DNA of 64,000 bases from NCBI RefSeq assembly GCF_006345805.1, contig NC_043010.1:4836001-4900000 (forward strand), given 5' to 3'. The notes below the pieces were generated by a model. It made no database searches, was not told the origin of the DNA, and was given only the letters and a program-made list of their open reading frames with translations. The stretch comes from Octopus sinensis. Lineage: Eukaryota. Within the stretch, counting starts at the first letter, position 1; the number at the start of each line of letters is the position of its first letter. The position numbers and the translations under genes were made by a program. Shown here piece by piece: positions 50,349 to 63,349 of this stretch.

Positions 50349-50350
<2 letters not shown>
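50080..50350 (+). mobile_element. SINE family D
   Basis: GTGAAGGCATGTGGCTAAGTGGTTAGGGC...GAGTTCAATTCC...CAAAACACTTTATTTTACATTGC. Confidence 0.65.
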
Positions 50351-50379
<29 letters not shown>

Positions 50380-50502
50380 CTGATGACCGTGTTCTTATAG
50401 ATGAATCACTACCAGAACTAGAGAAGAAGCCAGGTCTATATATATATATATAGATAGATAGATAGATAGATGTACACATGTACATATATATATGTATATA
50501 CT

Positions 50503-50533
<31 letters not shown>

Positions 50534-50989
50534 ATATATATATATATTTTTTTTTACACATATATCTATATGCATACATGCACACATACACACACACACA
50601 CACGCACACAAACACACAAAAGTTGTTCAGGATTCAAGATCAGGTCAATGAAATTGCTATCATGTTCAAAACAAACATAGAGGAACATATGTATCCATAC
50701 CATAGTAAAGACAGATTTATATTCCAGTTGCATGCATGATCATCACAAGCATCCAACTGAATATACCCGGAGTCTCAAGCTACAAGAATGTAGCAATTGT
50801 ACTGCACTCAATAGACTCCAGTTCCACATTAATTGCAGGTTGTGAGTAAGGTGAACTATAAATAAATAACAATAGATGGATAGTAGTTCACTAACTACAG
50901 CTGTTTCGGAAGTGTTTTTTGCTGATTAATAAAGTTATTACATCATAGAGAAAAAACATTTTCATTGAATGAATATATGCATGAATTAA

Positions 50990-51141
50990 ACGATGAGTCT
51001 ACAATTTAAAAAAACATTTACCGTCATTTTTCCGCATTTTTAATGATTTTTGCTCGAGTTATATAAGGGAAGTAACTCTCTAAAAATGCTTATATAGTTA
51101 TTTCCCTTACAAACCCGAACAACGCTGGGCGATACTGCTAG
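50990..51141 (+). mobile_element. Helitron 3' fragment, same family as 24271-24667
   Basis: ...CCCGAACAACGCTGGGCGATACTGCTAG|T; matches the reverse complement of 24271-24520 with an internal deletion. Confidence 0.75.
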
Positions 51142-51515
51142 TATATATATATATATATATATATATACATACTTATACACAGTTGCAAAAGATCTCCTTG
51201 ATGAAAACTTTTTGAAAACTTTGCATAGGCCTCTGAGCAGGTATCACCAAGCTTTTGGCAAAATTTGATGCAGATTCACAGCTCAACTTTCTGTCATGTG
51301 ATGATCACACACTGCACATGTTCCTTCTAAGCATTGTTGTAAACAGCAGAAATGAGCTAAAATGTTAAAACTTAGCATACATGCACAACAGAGTTCATGG
51401 TCAATCTGTGCCAGGTGGCTTCACTCTTTGTGTTTTAGCTTCGTCACTATGGCAACAGTCCGGATACTCATTGATCAGACGACATATATTGTGTATGAGT
51501 ATATATATATATTTA

Positions 51516-51565
<50 letters not shown>

Positions 51566-52617
51566 CACACACACACAAACGCAGATATATATGTATGTAT
51601 ACACATACATGCATACATGTATATATATATGTGTTTGCATGTGTGTAGATATGTATGTATATGTGTCTGAATGTATTTTTATGTGTGTTTGTGTATGTGT
51701 TTGTCAGTATTCATTTCCCCCACTTGACAACTGGTATTGATTTATTTGTGTTGTCATAACTTAAAAATTCAGTAAAAACAACAAAAAAAGTAAGAAAAAA
51801 AACCCTCCAAAACATCACAAAAAGAATAAAACCCAGCCTTAAAACATGTACAGGGGTTGATTTGATCGACTAAACCCTTTATAGTGGTGTCCCAACATGG
51901 CCCCATTCCAGTGACCGAAACAATTAAAAGAGTGAAAGAATACCATTTTGAAAAGGGAGACAGACATATTGGATAATTCAAGTCCTAGACAACCATTGGA
52001 AGCAGCATTGATCATAGGCTTACTAAAACAAGACTGACCTAGGGTTAAATAACAGCAGCAACAACAACAACAAAAATAAGAGCAACAAATTTTGTTATTA
52101 AGTGGCACACACATATAATCTGAATGTAAATTCTTCAAAAGCTGTGAATGTTATGCATTTGTAATATCAAGTGATAGGTTGTTTTGTGCACAGAGCTCTC
52201 GACTATAAATTCATAACACCTCCGATGTCTTGGACACTTACACCTCTCAAAGAATAACAGAAGCAGTAGATATTGGTTGGCACTGACCAAGAAATTAAAT
52301 TCAGATTTTCTTTGACCACTTCTCTCTTACTCTAACACTAGCTTTCTCACTAATTCTCTATCTCTCTGTGTCTCCCTATCTTGCACTAAACACTCACACA
52401 AATGTGCATACATACCTACATACCTACCTATTACCTATCTCCATACATATACAGATAAATGTTTGTATGTGTATATATACATATGCATACATATGTATGT
52501 CTATCCACCAAAGCAGTGTTGAACACTCATTTTCATTGTTTGACATTTACATATATATATCTATATTCTTTTACTCTTTTACACATTTTAGCCCTAAGGC
52601 TGTGGCCATGCTGAAGC

Positions 52618-52678
<61 letters not shown>

Positions 52679-53031
52679 TAATATATAAACATATATATAT
52701 GCATATAAATTTACATATATATCATGTACATGCTACCTACAACACCACACACACACACAGATATATATATATATATAATATATATATATATTATATATAT
52801 TATATATATACGTTTCTACTCTAGGCATAAGGCCCAAAATTTTTGGGGAGAGAGGTCAGTCGATTAGATTGATCCCAGTATGCAACTGGTACTTAATTTA
52901 TTGACCCTGAAAGTATGAAAAGCAAGTCGGCCTCGGAACAGACAAAATACTGCTAAGCATTTTGCCCATCATGCTAACGTTTCTGCCAGCTCACACACAC
53001 ACACACACACATACATACATACATATATAAT

Positions 53032-53073
<42 letters not shown>

Positions 53074-54393
53074 TATATAATATATATGTATATATATCAT
53101 TATTATTATAATTATTAGGGAATATTACTTCCAAGTACACAGGAAAAAGACATTTAAATTAGATGTACTAAAATGAACATCTCTCAATGTTTAATTCGTA
53201 TATATAAAAGTAATTTTAGAGACAGAACCACCTTCAACTCAATCAACACTGAAAGGCTTTATACCCATCACTCTATAAAATGTTAAAAATTAAATCTTGT
53301 AATAATTATATCTATTCATAATCCTGTATTTCCGTTTATAAGACTACATGTGTTTCATGAAAGTACGTCGGTATTGATTAGATACGAGGTATCTAGTTTC
53401 AATACTTATTCGGGTGGACATACTCCCAATCTTCAGGTCTGGATACCTCAACATTTTTCACTCCCCTTATCGCTTATATACTTCCATGACACTCTATATC
53501 TTCAATATAATCTTACTTAACATGTAAAAATTGATAGAAATACAAATAATAAATAAAAATAATAACTGAATATTAAAAATTAAAGGAGTAAAAATTTAAG
53601 GAATAATTTTTCCTTGAAACCACAAACACACAAACACACACACACACACAACACACACCACTGCCGCTGCTGCTGCCATCATCATCATCCTCATCATTAT
53701 TCATCATCATTATTCATCATCATCATCATCATCAGCATCAGCATCATCAGCATCATCATTATGATCATGATCATCATCATTATCATTATTCATCATCATT
53801 ATTCATCATCATCATCATCATTTAACATCTGTTGTCGATGCTAGCATGGGTTGGACGGTTTGATTGGGTTGGCACGAGGGAAAGCTGTGCCAGGCTCCAG
53901 TCTGATTTGGCATGTGTATATATACTCGATCCGTAGCCTCATGAGACTGATGGCTGCCTACTATATATTATTATATATATGTATATGTATATATATGTGT
54001 GTGTATGTGTGTGTGTGTGTGTACAATGCTTTTTTCCCACACAGTTGCTGTCTTCCAGATCCACTTACAAAGCATTAGTCAGCTAGGTCTATAGTAGAAG
54101 ACATTTTGCCCTAGGAGCCATGCAGTGGGACTGAACCTGAAACCATGCGGTTGTCATGTGAACTTTCTAACTTGTGCCTGTTTTTACTATTCTTAATTAA
54201 TACTCTTGTGAATTCTTTCTTTCATCATCACTAACGACAACAGCCAAAAATAAATCTGTCTCTCGTTACACATAATGTAATTTGAAGATTTTTCTATACT
54301 TTTTTTTTATCTTTTAACTGTTTCATTTACGTTATTTTGTTTTTGTTTAGTTATTCACTTTGGAATGTTGAATCTCTTTCACTCACAATTTCT

Positions 54394-54445
54394 CAACTTA
54401 ATAAGAATTATCGAATTTCGTCAAGGAAGTTACTCATCAGAGTTG
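54394..54445 (-). ncRNA. Hammerhead-like motif with intact core and disrupted helix III
   Basis: Reverse complement CAACT CTGATGA GT-aacttccttg-AC GAAA ...TTA AGTTG. Stem I is 5 bp, G10.1-C11.1 is present, helix III does not pair cleanly. Confidence 0.35.
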
Positions 54446-55196
54446 TGACCAACAAGACGGTTCAATTTTCACAGTTTTATAGTAAAAATCAAGCCTTTCT
54501 CTTCCTTTTATCATTTTCTTAAAACTTCCCAAATTTGTTTCTTTGATTACAATTTACAGAAAAACAAAATTAAGTACAAAAAATTTCAAACAAGCCAAAA
54601 AGGCAAATGAAAGATTATACTCATCTAAATAGAAGATTTCACAAATGCAAAGGTGTGTAATCAAGGAAGGTGTTCTTTTCCTATATAGTAAATTAAGCAA
54701 TGGTAAGAGTCTCTTTCATAGTGGCAACTGTGGCAGTGGTGGTGGTGGTGGTGGAGGAGGAAGCAATAGTTGTGGTGGTGATGGTGGTGGTGGTGGTAAT
54801 GACAGTGGTGGTGCTGGTGATAAAAGTTGCAGTGGTGATGATGGTGGAGGTGGGGGGGATGTAGCTGGGCTGGTGATGGTGTTGGCAGTTGAAATGTTGG
54901 ATGAGGTTGTGGCAGCAACTGTAGTGGTGGTGGTAGTAGTGGTGATAGTGGCAGTGACAGGTGATGCTGGTGATGATGGGGATAGTTGTGGTGGGGATGA
55001 TGGTGGAAGTGGCTAGGGTGGTGATTTTGGTGTTGGTGTTGGCGGTTAAGGTGGTAGCAGCAATTGTAGTGGTGGTGGTGGTGGTAGTGATGGTGGTGGT
55101 TGTGTTGGTGGTGGTAGTGGTGGTGGTGGTGGTGCCGGTGGTGGTGGGTGTTGCTACTGCTACTACTGCTACTACTACTGCTATTTTTGTTTAATC

Positions 55197-55296
55197 NNNN
55201 NNNNNNNNNNNNNNNNNNNNNNNNNNNNNNNNNNNNNNNNNNNNNNNNNNNNNNNNNNNNNNNNNNNNNNNNNNNNNNNNNNNNNNNNNNNNNNNN
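55197..55296. other. Assembly gap (100 N)
   Basis: Run of exactly 100 N, a standard unknown-size scaffolding spacer. Confidence 0.99.
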
Positions 55297-55339
55297 CAAA
55301 ACCAGAAGATATTCCATTCTAATTATTGGAAAGAGGGAA

Positions 55340-57912
55340 ATAGTGGCAGTGATGATGGTGGTGGTGTGTGTGTATATGTGTGTCTATGTGTGTGTATGTG
55401 TGTGAGTGTGTGTGTGTGTGTGCAAAAGAGAGAGGGAGTGTGTGTGTATGTGTGTATTTTTGTGCATATATGTGTGTGTGTGTGTGTGTGTGCATGAGTG
55501 TGTATGTGTGAGAGTGTGTGTATGCATGTGAGTGTGCATGAGTGTGTATGTGTGAGAGTGTGTGTATGCATGTGAGTGTGCATGAGTGTGTCTGTGTGAG
55601 AGTGTGTGTATGCATGTGAGTGCAATTTTGTGCATGTTTGTGCAAGTGGATGTGCATGAAAGAGTGTGTGTGTGTGTGTGCATGTGTGAGAGTGTATGTG
55701 TATGTCAGTATGAATGTCTGTATGTGTGTGCATATGTGAATGCATATGTGAGTGCATATGTGCATGTACATGTGTATGTGCGAGAGTGTATGTGTGTGGG
55801 TTCATGTGTGTTATGTGTGCATGTGTGGTGTGTGTGTGTGTGGTACGTGTGTATGGATGTATGTGTGCATGTATGTGTTGGCATTCAACTGTGTGAATGT
55901 GTGCATGGATGTTTAAATGAATGAATGAATATGTATATGTGTGTGAGTGTATGTGTTTGCGTTTGCATATGTATGAGTACGTGTGGTGTGTGTGCATGAA
56001 TGTGAGCACGGATGTATGCGTTTGAATAAATGAATGAATAAATATGTATATGTGTGTATGTGTGCATGAGTTTGAGTCTGCATATAAATGTATGTTTCTA
56101 TGAGAGCGTGCGGGCGGACGTCCATGTGCATGCATGTGGATGCATATGTGTGTGTGTGCATGTGTACACGCGCATGTAATTCTAAGCCACCAGAAGCCGC
56201 TTCATTAACGGAGAGTCTGATCAGCTGTTTCAAATGCTTCTTGGCATCTTGTGTGGATTAATCATGCAGCAACGAAAGAGAGCAAAGAGCTTGGTAAGAT
56301 GACAGCAGTTGCAAAGTATGGGGTGAATAAGAGAATAAACCTTTGACATTGAATCCACGAGGATTTTCTCGCTTTCTAGCATGACCTCAATCAAAATAAA
56401 GCCATTATGAGATCGCATGCGATAAGTGTTAGTTCTCAAACTGATGCTAATTAATGAGGTAGTATTTGAAATTATAACATTTTTTTTTTTTTCATGTGAT
56501 GAGATAGCTTCAGAAATGGTTACAATTTAATCATCACTTGAATAACAAAATGTGTTAGAAAAATAGTCAGATGGTTCCACATGAATATACATACAAGCAT
56601 CCATATATGAATATATGCATATGTACGAGCAAACATATATATACATACATTCAAGCATACAAGCATATGTGCATATATACAAACATGCATTCATACACAC
56701 ACGCACACATGCATATATACATACATACATACATACACACAAATATGCATGCAGACTTGCATACACATGCACATACATATACATACACACATGCACACAT
56801 ATATTACATACACATAAGCGTACGTATGTATGTACAAGTAAGTATTCATAGATTTATGTATGTGTACTAGCATACATACACGCATACATTTATATACATA
56901 CATATACATACATATACAGACAGACACACACACACACATACATATATATATACACGCATATATGTATTTGATCAAAAGCACACTGACATTGTCACTGAAG
57001 CCTCATGTTTACACTGAAGGTCATTCATACAGTATGTGTTAAACCATACATCTTCTGACACCACTTTGCACGCATACTCGTCTTTATTCATATTCATATC
57101 ATTATTCAGAAGCGCACACACACACATACACACACACACACATACACACACACACACATACACACATGCTGGTGTCCATCGAACAGCCACCATCATATCA
57201 CACACTCATGTATACATCTAAAATCACCCACAAAATACATGTAAAAGTCACACATAGTCAGACACTACCGCATGCATATACACAATGTTCTTCATTATAT
57301 ATTCATGCAAATAGTCGGAAGTATACGTATCCACACAAGCATACAGACACACACGTACATAGAGACTTACACATATATACACACAAACATATATACATAG
57401 TCATATATACACTCACACACATATCTCATCACATCCCAGTGTGTAACATCACAGACACATGTATACATTTAAAATCACACTCGGACAGTGTAAAAGATAT
57501 ACTTTTATAGATAACCTTGTGCATACATATACATACATATACATACATACATATACATACATATATATACCCATTTCTTAGAGATCTCCACAAATAAGCA
57601 CAGAAAAGAGTCATATGCAAATCAAGCTAACACACTCACATCCAATTTGCATATTCATAAAAGTGTGCACACAAGAAAGCACGTTATTTTTATACACATA
57701 GAGACTTAAAGATAGAAACACATTCAAGCAGCATCGCACACATATGCTTGTGTGTGTGTGTGTGTTGTGCGTGTTCGTGTGTGTGTATATGTGTATTTGA
57801 TACATGTACATACACATAAACATATCATGCACACACACACACACAGAGATCTATATACATACATATACACACACATATATGTACGTATATATATCTGTAT
57901 ATATATACATAC

Positions 57913-57965
<53 letters not shown>

Positions 57966-58073
57966 CACACACACATATATATATATACATATATATAAAT
58001 ACATAGATACATACATACATACATACATACATACACACACACACATACATACATACATACATACATACATACA

Positions 58074-58105
<32 letters not shown>

Positions 58106-58280
58106 AACAAACAAACACACAGACATTTATAGAAGTACACACACTGGGAGACACATTAATTTTATACACATACCCACTTAAAGACACAAACTCATTCAAG
58201 CACTATTACATTCATACACATACACAACCTTACATCTATATAAAACACACACACACACACACACATGCACACACACACGT
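55340..58280. repeat. Degenerate (TG)/(CA)/(TACA) low-complexity field
   Basis: Directly visible, including a unit of about 42 bp repeated three times at 55490-55620. Confidence 0.85.
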
Positions 58281-58572
58281 ACACACAGAACACGTTCAGA
58301 CACCCACACATATTCTCCAATGAAAAGTTATTCATCTTATCAGGATTTTTAATCTTCAGATCTTGTTCTAGAAATGTTCTCCAATTTTCAGAGTCACAGT
58401 TAACTCAATTAAGCAAACAAAATTCATTCTTGTTAATTAGAGTCTTCAAGAATTATTTTTAACTTTGATATTTTAGTTAACATTTTCCTCAAACTAACAT
58501 TCAAATTTTAGTAATAATTGGTGCCGTTGCAGAATATATTAACTCAACTTTCTCCAATAACATTTGTATGTG

Positions 58573-58604
<32 letters not shown>

Positions 58605-58816
58605 TGTATGTATGTATGTATGTATGTATGTATGTATGGTATGTATGTATGTATGGTATGTATGTATGTATGTATGTATGGTATGTATGTATGTATGTAT
58701 GGTATGTATGTATAGTATGTATGTATAGTATGTATGTATGCATGTGTGTATATATTTATGTATGTATGTGCATACAGTACAGACAGACACACACATGTAT
58801 ATAATATATGTATGTA

Positions 58817-58858
<42 letters not shown>

Positions 58859-59888
58859 ATGTATGTATATATATATACATGTATATATACATACATACAT
58901 ACATGCACACATACATACATACACATGGACATAAGAGGAGAAAGAGAGAGTAAGAAAAATGGAGTGAGAGAGAGGGAGAGGGAAAGAGAGAGAACATCAG
59001 AGCCGACTGTTTTGAGATCAAATCCTGCCAGTACTTTGGCTTGTCGTTCTTATAGAGTAAAAATAAGGAAAATAAACTGTAAAAGTGAATGAGATTTTTA
59101 TGAAAGTGGTGATGTTGATGTGATGCTGCTGTTGTTTAGCCCTTGGTCAGATCTGATTAAGCAGGCCTATGATCAAAAACATTACAGTCATGTAGTTATA
59201 TAACTGAAAGATGAAAAGTTTTCTTCCAACTTTGAAGTGCAGATAATGATGATCTTCATCACCACCACTACCACCACCACCACCACCACCATCACTGCCA
59301 TCACCACCACCACCACCACCACCAAAACCACTACAACCACCACCACCACCACCACCACCACTACCACAACCACCACCACCACCACCACCACCGCCACCAC
59401 CAACACCACCACCACCACCACCACAACCAAAACCACCACCACCATTACCACCTCCACTACCCTCATTACCAACCCCCCCTGCCACCACCATCCTTCGTTT
59501 TTCTGTCCAGTTCCTCTTGGCTGGTATGAATTGGACAAGACGTCTCGAGATGGTTTTCAATGGCCAGTTGGCCTTCTTGATGCTAACACACATTCTTTTT
59601 AATTAAGGTAATTTATTTCACATCCTCGAACATTGAACCACTGTCGAAGTGGTGTCAATGTGAATACATGCAAAGACAAACGCATGCACATGCAGACGTA
59701 CACATACACATACACAGACATATATATGCTGGTATGTGTCAGGAAGAATTCAGCTTAGTTGGCTTATATTAACGCAAAGGAACTATTGAACCAGACTCTA
59801 TATCTGGCTTGATAAATTGAATAAAAACGGAATGAGGCTTTATAACAAAAGGTATACATACACATATACATACATACGTACATACATA

Positions 59889-59957
<69 letters not shown>

Positions 59958-60105
59958 AATATATATGTATATATATATATATATTTATATTTTTTTATTA
60001 TATATATATATATATATGTATATAATGTATATATATATATATATTATATATATATATTTATATATTTATATAATATATATAATGTATATATATATATATT
60101 TATAA

Positions 60106-60142
<37 letters not shown>

Positions 60143-61492
60143 CACACACACACACATATATATTACAGATAGATCCATAGATAAACAGACAGACAGACAG
60201 ATAGATAGATAGATAGATAGATGGATAGATAAACATTCACATGCACGTATACACATACACATAGAGACATATACACACACATTCACGCATACAAACACAC
60301 ACACACACACACATATATACAGATATTCATATATATATGTGTATTCATATATATTTATATATATTCGTGTATATATATATTCATATATATATGTATATAT
60401 TCATATATACACATATATACAGGCACACATATGTAAATGTATGTGTGAGTGAATGTGTACGTGTTTGTGTGTGTGCGCACCTGTTTGTGTGTATGTGTGT
60501 GTGTTGTGTGTGTGTGTGTGTGCGTGTGTGTATATGTGTGTTGTGTGTGTGTGTTGTGTGTGTGTGTGTGTGCGTGTGTGTATATGTGTGTTGTGTGTGT
60601 GTGTGTGTGGTTGTGTGTGTGTGTGCATGTGTCTAATACAAGGGCATGATTTTGGAGGCACAGTGGCTTATTGCTAATGAGATGCTATGATATGGATGTA
60701 AGGTAATACTCGCTAAGCCTGATGAAAAAAAAAAAAAACAGAAAAGATTGGAATATCATGACTTAAGCGCTGTCTAAAGGATTAAGGTAGAAGGTAGATT
60801 TATAAATTAATTCTAGTGTTCTAAAGATATACCAGCGAATCATAAGGGATGATGTGGAAGATATCACAGCACTGATAAAACACTCTAATGAGACAGATGT
60901 AATCCTTCTAGCTGTATCAATCATGGTTGTTCACTCTCAACACTGCTTCATTTAGCTGAAATTTAGGCTTGGTAGGTTGCGTATATCATATAGCTATTTT
61001 ATATATTTATATATCTTTATATTTATTTCGGATATGTGTGAATATCACCCTCGTCGTCATCATGACAATAATGATATCCAAAACCAAAAGCAACACTGTC
61101 ACCACTGTCATCGTTATCATATATTTCGTCATCGTCATCGTCATCATATTGTTGTCGCCGTCGGCATTGTCACTGTCATCACCAACAGGAACATTGTCAT
61201 TGTCATGCTCATCCTCATTGTCATTGGCAATGACGACATCATTATCATCATCATCATCATCATCATCATCGTCGTTGTCATCGTCATCATCTTCCTATTC
61301 TTCCTCCTCCTCATCCTCCTCTTCCTTATCAGCATCCTCATCATTGTTGCCATGATTTTCATTCTTGTTATCGTCATCACTGCCATCATTGTCTTAGTTA
61401 TTATCATCATTGTCAGCATTGTCATCACCATCATATAAATATGTATATATGTGTATGTATAAAGGCTTTTCTAAAATAAATATACACTTCAG

Positions 61493-61971
61493 GTGTAGGA
61501 GTGGCTGTGTGGTAAGTAGCTTGCTTACAAACCACATGGTTCCGGGTTCAGTCCCACTGTGTGACACCTTGGGCTAGTGTCTTCTACTATAGCCTTGGGC
61601 TGACCAAAGCCTTGTGAGTGGATTTGTTAGGCGGAAACTGAAAGAAGCCTGTCATATATGTAGATATATATATGTGTGTGTGTATGTGTGTGTGTGTGTG
61701 TGTGTGCGTGTGTGTGTGTATATGTTTGTGTGTCTGTGTTTCTGTGTTTGTCCCTCCAGCATTGCTTAACAACCGATACTGGTGTGTTTACATCCCCATA
61801 ACTTAGCGGTTCGGCATAAGCGACCGATAGAATAAGTACTAGGCTTACAAAGAATCAGTCCTGGGGTCAATTTGCTCGATTAAAGGCAGTGCTCCAGCAT
61901 GGCCACAGTCAAATGACTGAAACAAGTAAAAGAGTAAAAGAGTAAAGAGTAAAAGAGTAAAGAGTAAAGAG
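61493..61971 (+). mobile_element. SINE family A, full-length, with (GTAAA(A)GA)n tail
   Basis: GGAGTGGCTGTGTGG head through the expanded tail. Confidence 0.9.
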
Positions 61972-62289
61972 TTCATTTTGTTGGCTGTGAGAAAGCTATA
62001 AGCTGAGGCACAAGCAAACAGAAGCAGTAAGCTAATGCAGATGATTACATAAATCCTGTTCTTTTGTCATACATTAATTGGTTTATATACATACATATAC
62101 ATACATACAAGCATATATATATGGGCATTAACTACAGCATTGGAGCATTTTAGCTTTTATTTCTAGCAATATAGGTGTTTTTTATCACCCTAGTCACATT
62201 TAGTGACAATTATTATTTTCCTTTTTGGTGAAACATTGCAAACTGCTGTTTATATTAATTTTTGTGTGTGTATACACACACATATATAT

Positions 62290-62594
62290 ATATGTATATT
62301 GTTAAGTAGTTTATTCCTGGTTGTGGCATATTACTGGTGGTCAGAAAGTTACCGTTGGTTTTACAATTACTATTCCAATGACAATTCTGATGGCTATTTA
62401 TATATGCTGAGCCAGTAGGACATAGCCCCTTTAAAGCTGGACGTGAATATACAGCTCTGGTTACCGTAGCAGTGAAAAGCATGGGACAAAATAACATTTT
62501 CGAGAGAAGCGGAAGGGTGGCCTCCCAGTGTATGATTCAAGTTGTTTCTTGAAGGGGTCAGCTGTGCCAGAGTACATGTTTTCTGTTTCCTAGT
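62290..62594 (-). CDS. Candidate terminal exon: 2 nt plus TAG stop (62590-62594), then 3' UTR
   Basis: Strong acceptor gtccttccctttctcag|ACTAG, phase-compatible with the 63199 exon (G+AC = Asp, then TAG); AATAAA on the minus strand at about 62309-62314. Confidence 0.4.
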
Positions 62595-63198
62595 CTGAGA
62601 AAGGGAAGGACCACATTTCCACAGTGAATTTTTTTGTCACGAGAGCAACAACTAAAAATTTTGCATTTTGAGTTCAGAAAGACACCCAAGGATGGGCTCC
62701 CATACAATTTCCATCAACAAATTTCACTCACATGGCCTTGGTTGTTATGAGACTTATGTAAAAGATGTTTGTCCATTGATATAAAATTTGAGATCATGTG
62801 GTAACAAACTGAACTCAGTAATCATGCAACTCTACCTGTGCAGTCATTGGTCCCTGTTAGTTGTGTCCATGCAGAGTAAAAGTGTTTGGGAAAATATTTA
62901 TATTAGAATGTTCAGAGGAAATTATATATATGCTTTCTTACACATTGTTTCTAGCACTTATACTTTCTGTAAATATTAACCAAATCACAAAAGTTTTGTC
63001 TCACTATAAGCCCTGTATCTATTTATCACACATTAAAAATGTTTCTAAATTTGATTTCCTGCAGTATAAAATATATATTAAAAGATTCAATAGAAATGTA
63101 ATTTGCTTAATAACTATCTGTTAATGGTTATTTATGTATTTATATACTTATATAATGGCTACTTATACATATGTGTTTATATATGTATGTATATATAC

Positions 63199-63349
63199 CT
63201 GGTAAAGTTTCATAGAGCCCTGTGCTGGCTTCATTCCAACTGTGTTGATTATCAGTAATGGATGGTAACGCTGGCATTTCACTAAGATGGTCTGGAGCTA
63301 TAACCCACTGTCTTTCTTCTTTACCAATTCCAGATGTTACTGTTGCCAC
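63199..63349 (-). CDS. Candidate 151-nt coding exon of an unidentified gene that begins beyond the window
   Basis: ttttatttttttatccatgagtcttcag|GTG...CCAG|gtatat; open frame VATVTSGIGKEERQWVIAPDHLSEMPALPSITDNQHSWNEASTGLYETLP; unique, non-repetitive sequence. Confidence 0.55.

Noticed and set aside
51175-51350. Possible mariner-derived MITE fragment (AAATTTGATGCAGATTC...)
   Set aside because: Recognition rests on vague recall, and no TIR pair was found.
59503-59602. Strong acceptor followed by an open frame (PLGWYELDKTSRDGFQWPVG...)
   Set aside because: The second half is a degenerate family C repeat.
60820-60950. Peptide IRDDVEDITALIKHSNETDVILLAVS, reminiscent of transposon XPG-like DTDV motifs
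   Set aside because: Too short and isolated to assign without a search.
3765-61438. Numerous YI/MYVC/HT, poly-G/P/H/T/S/V ORFs in the track
   Set aside because: All coincide with di-, tri- or tetranucleotide repeats; no splice or domain support.
62298-62410. Plus-strand frame VYSWLWHITGGQKVTVGFTITIPMTILMAIYIC* resembling a C-terminal TM exon
   Set aside because: Weak acceptor, no linked upstream exon, and it lies antisense within the inferred 3' UTR.
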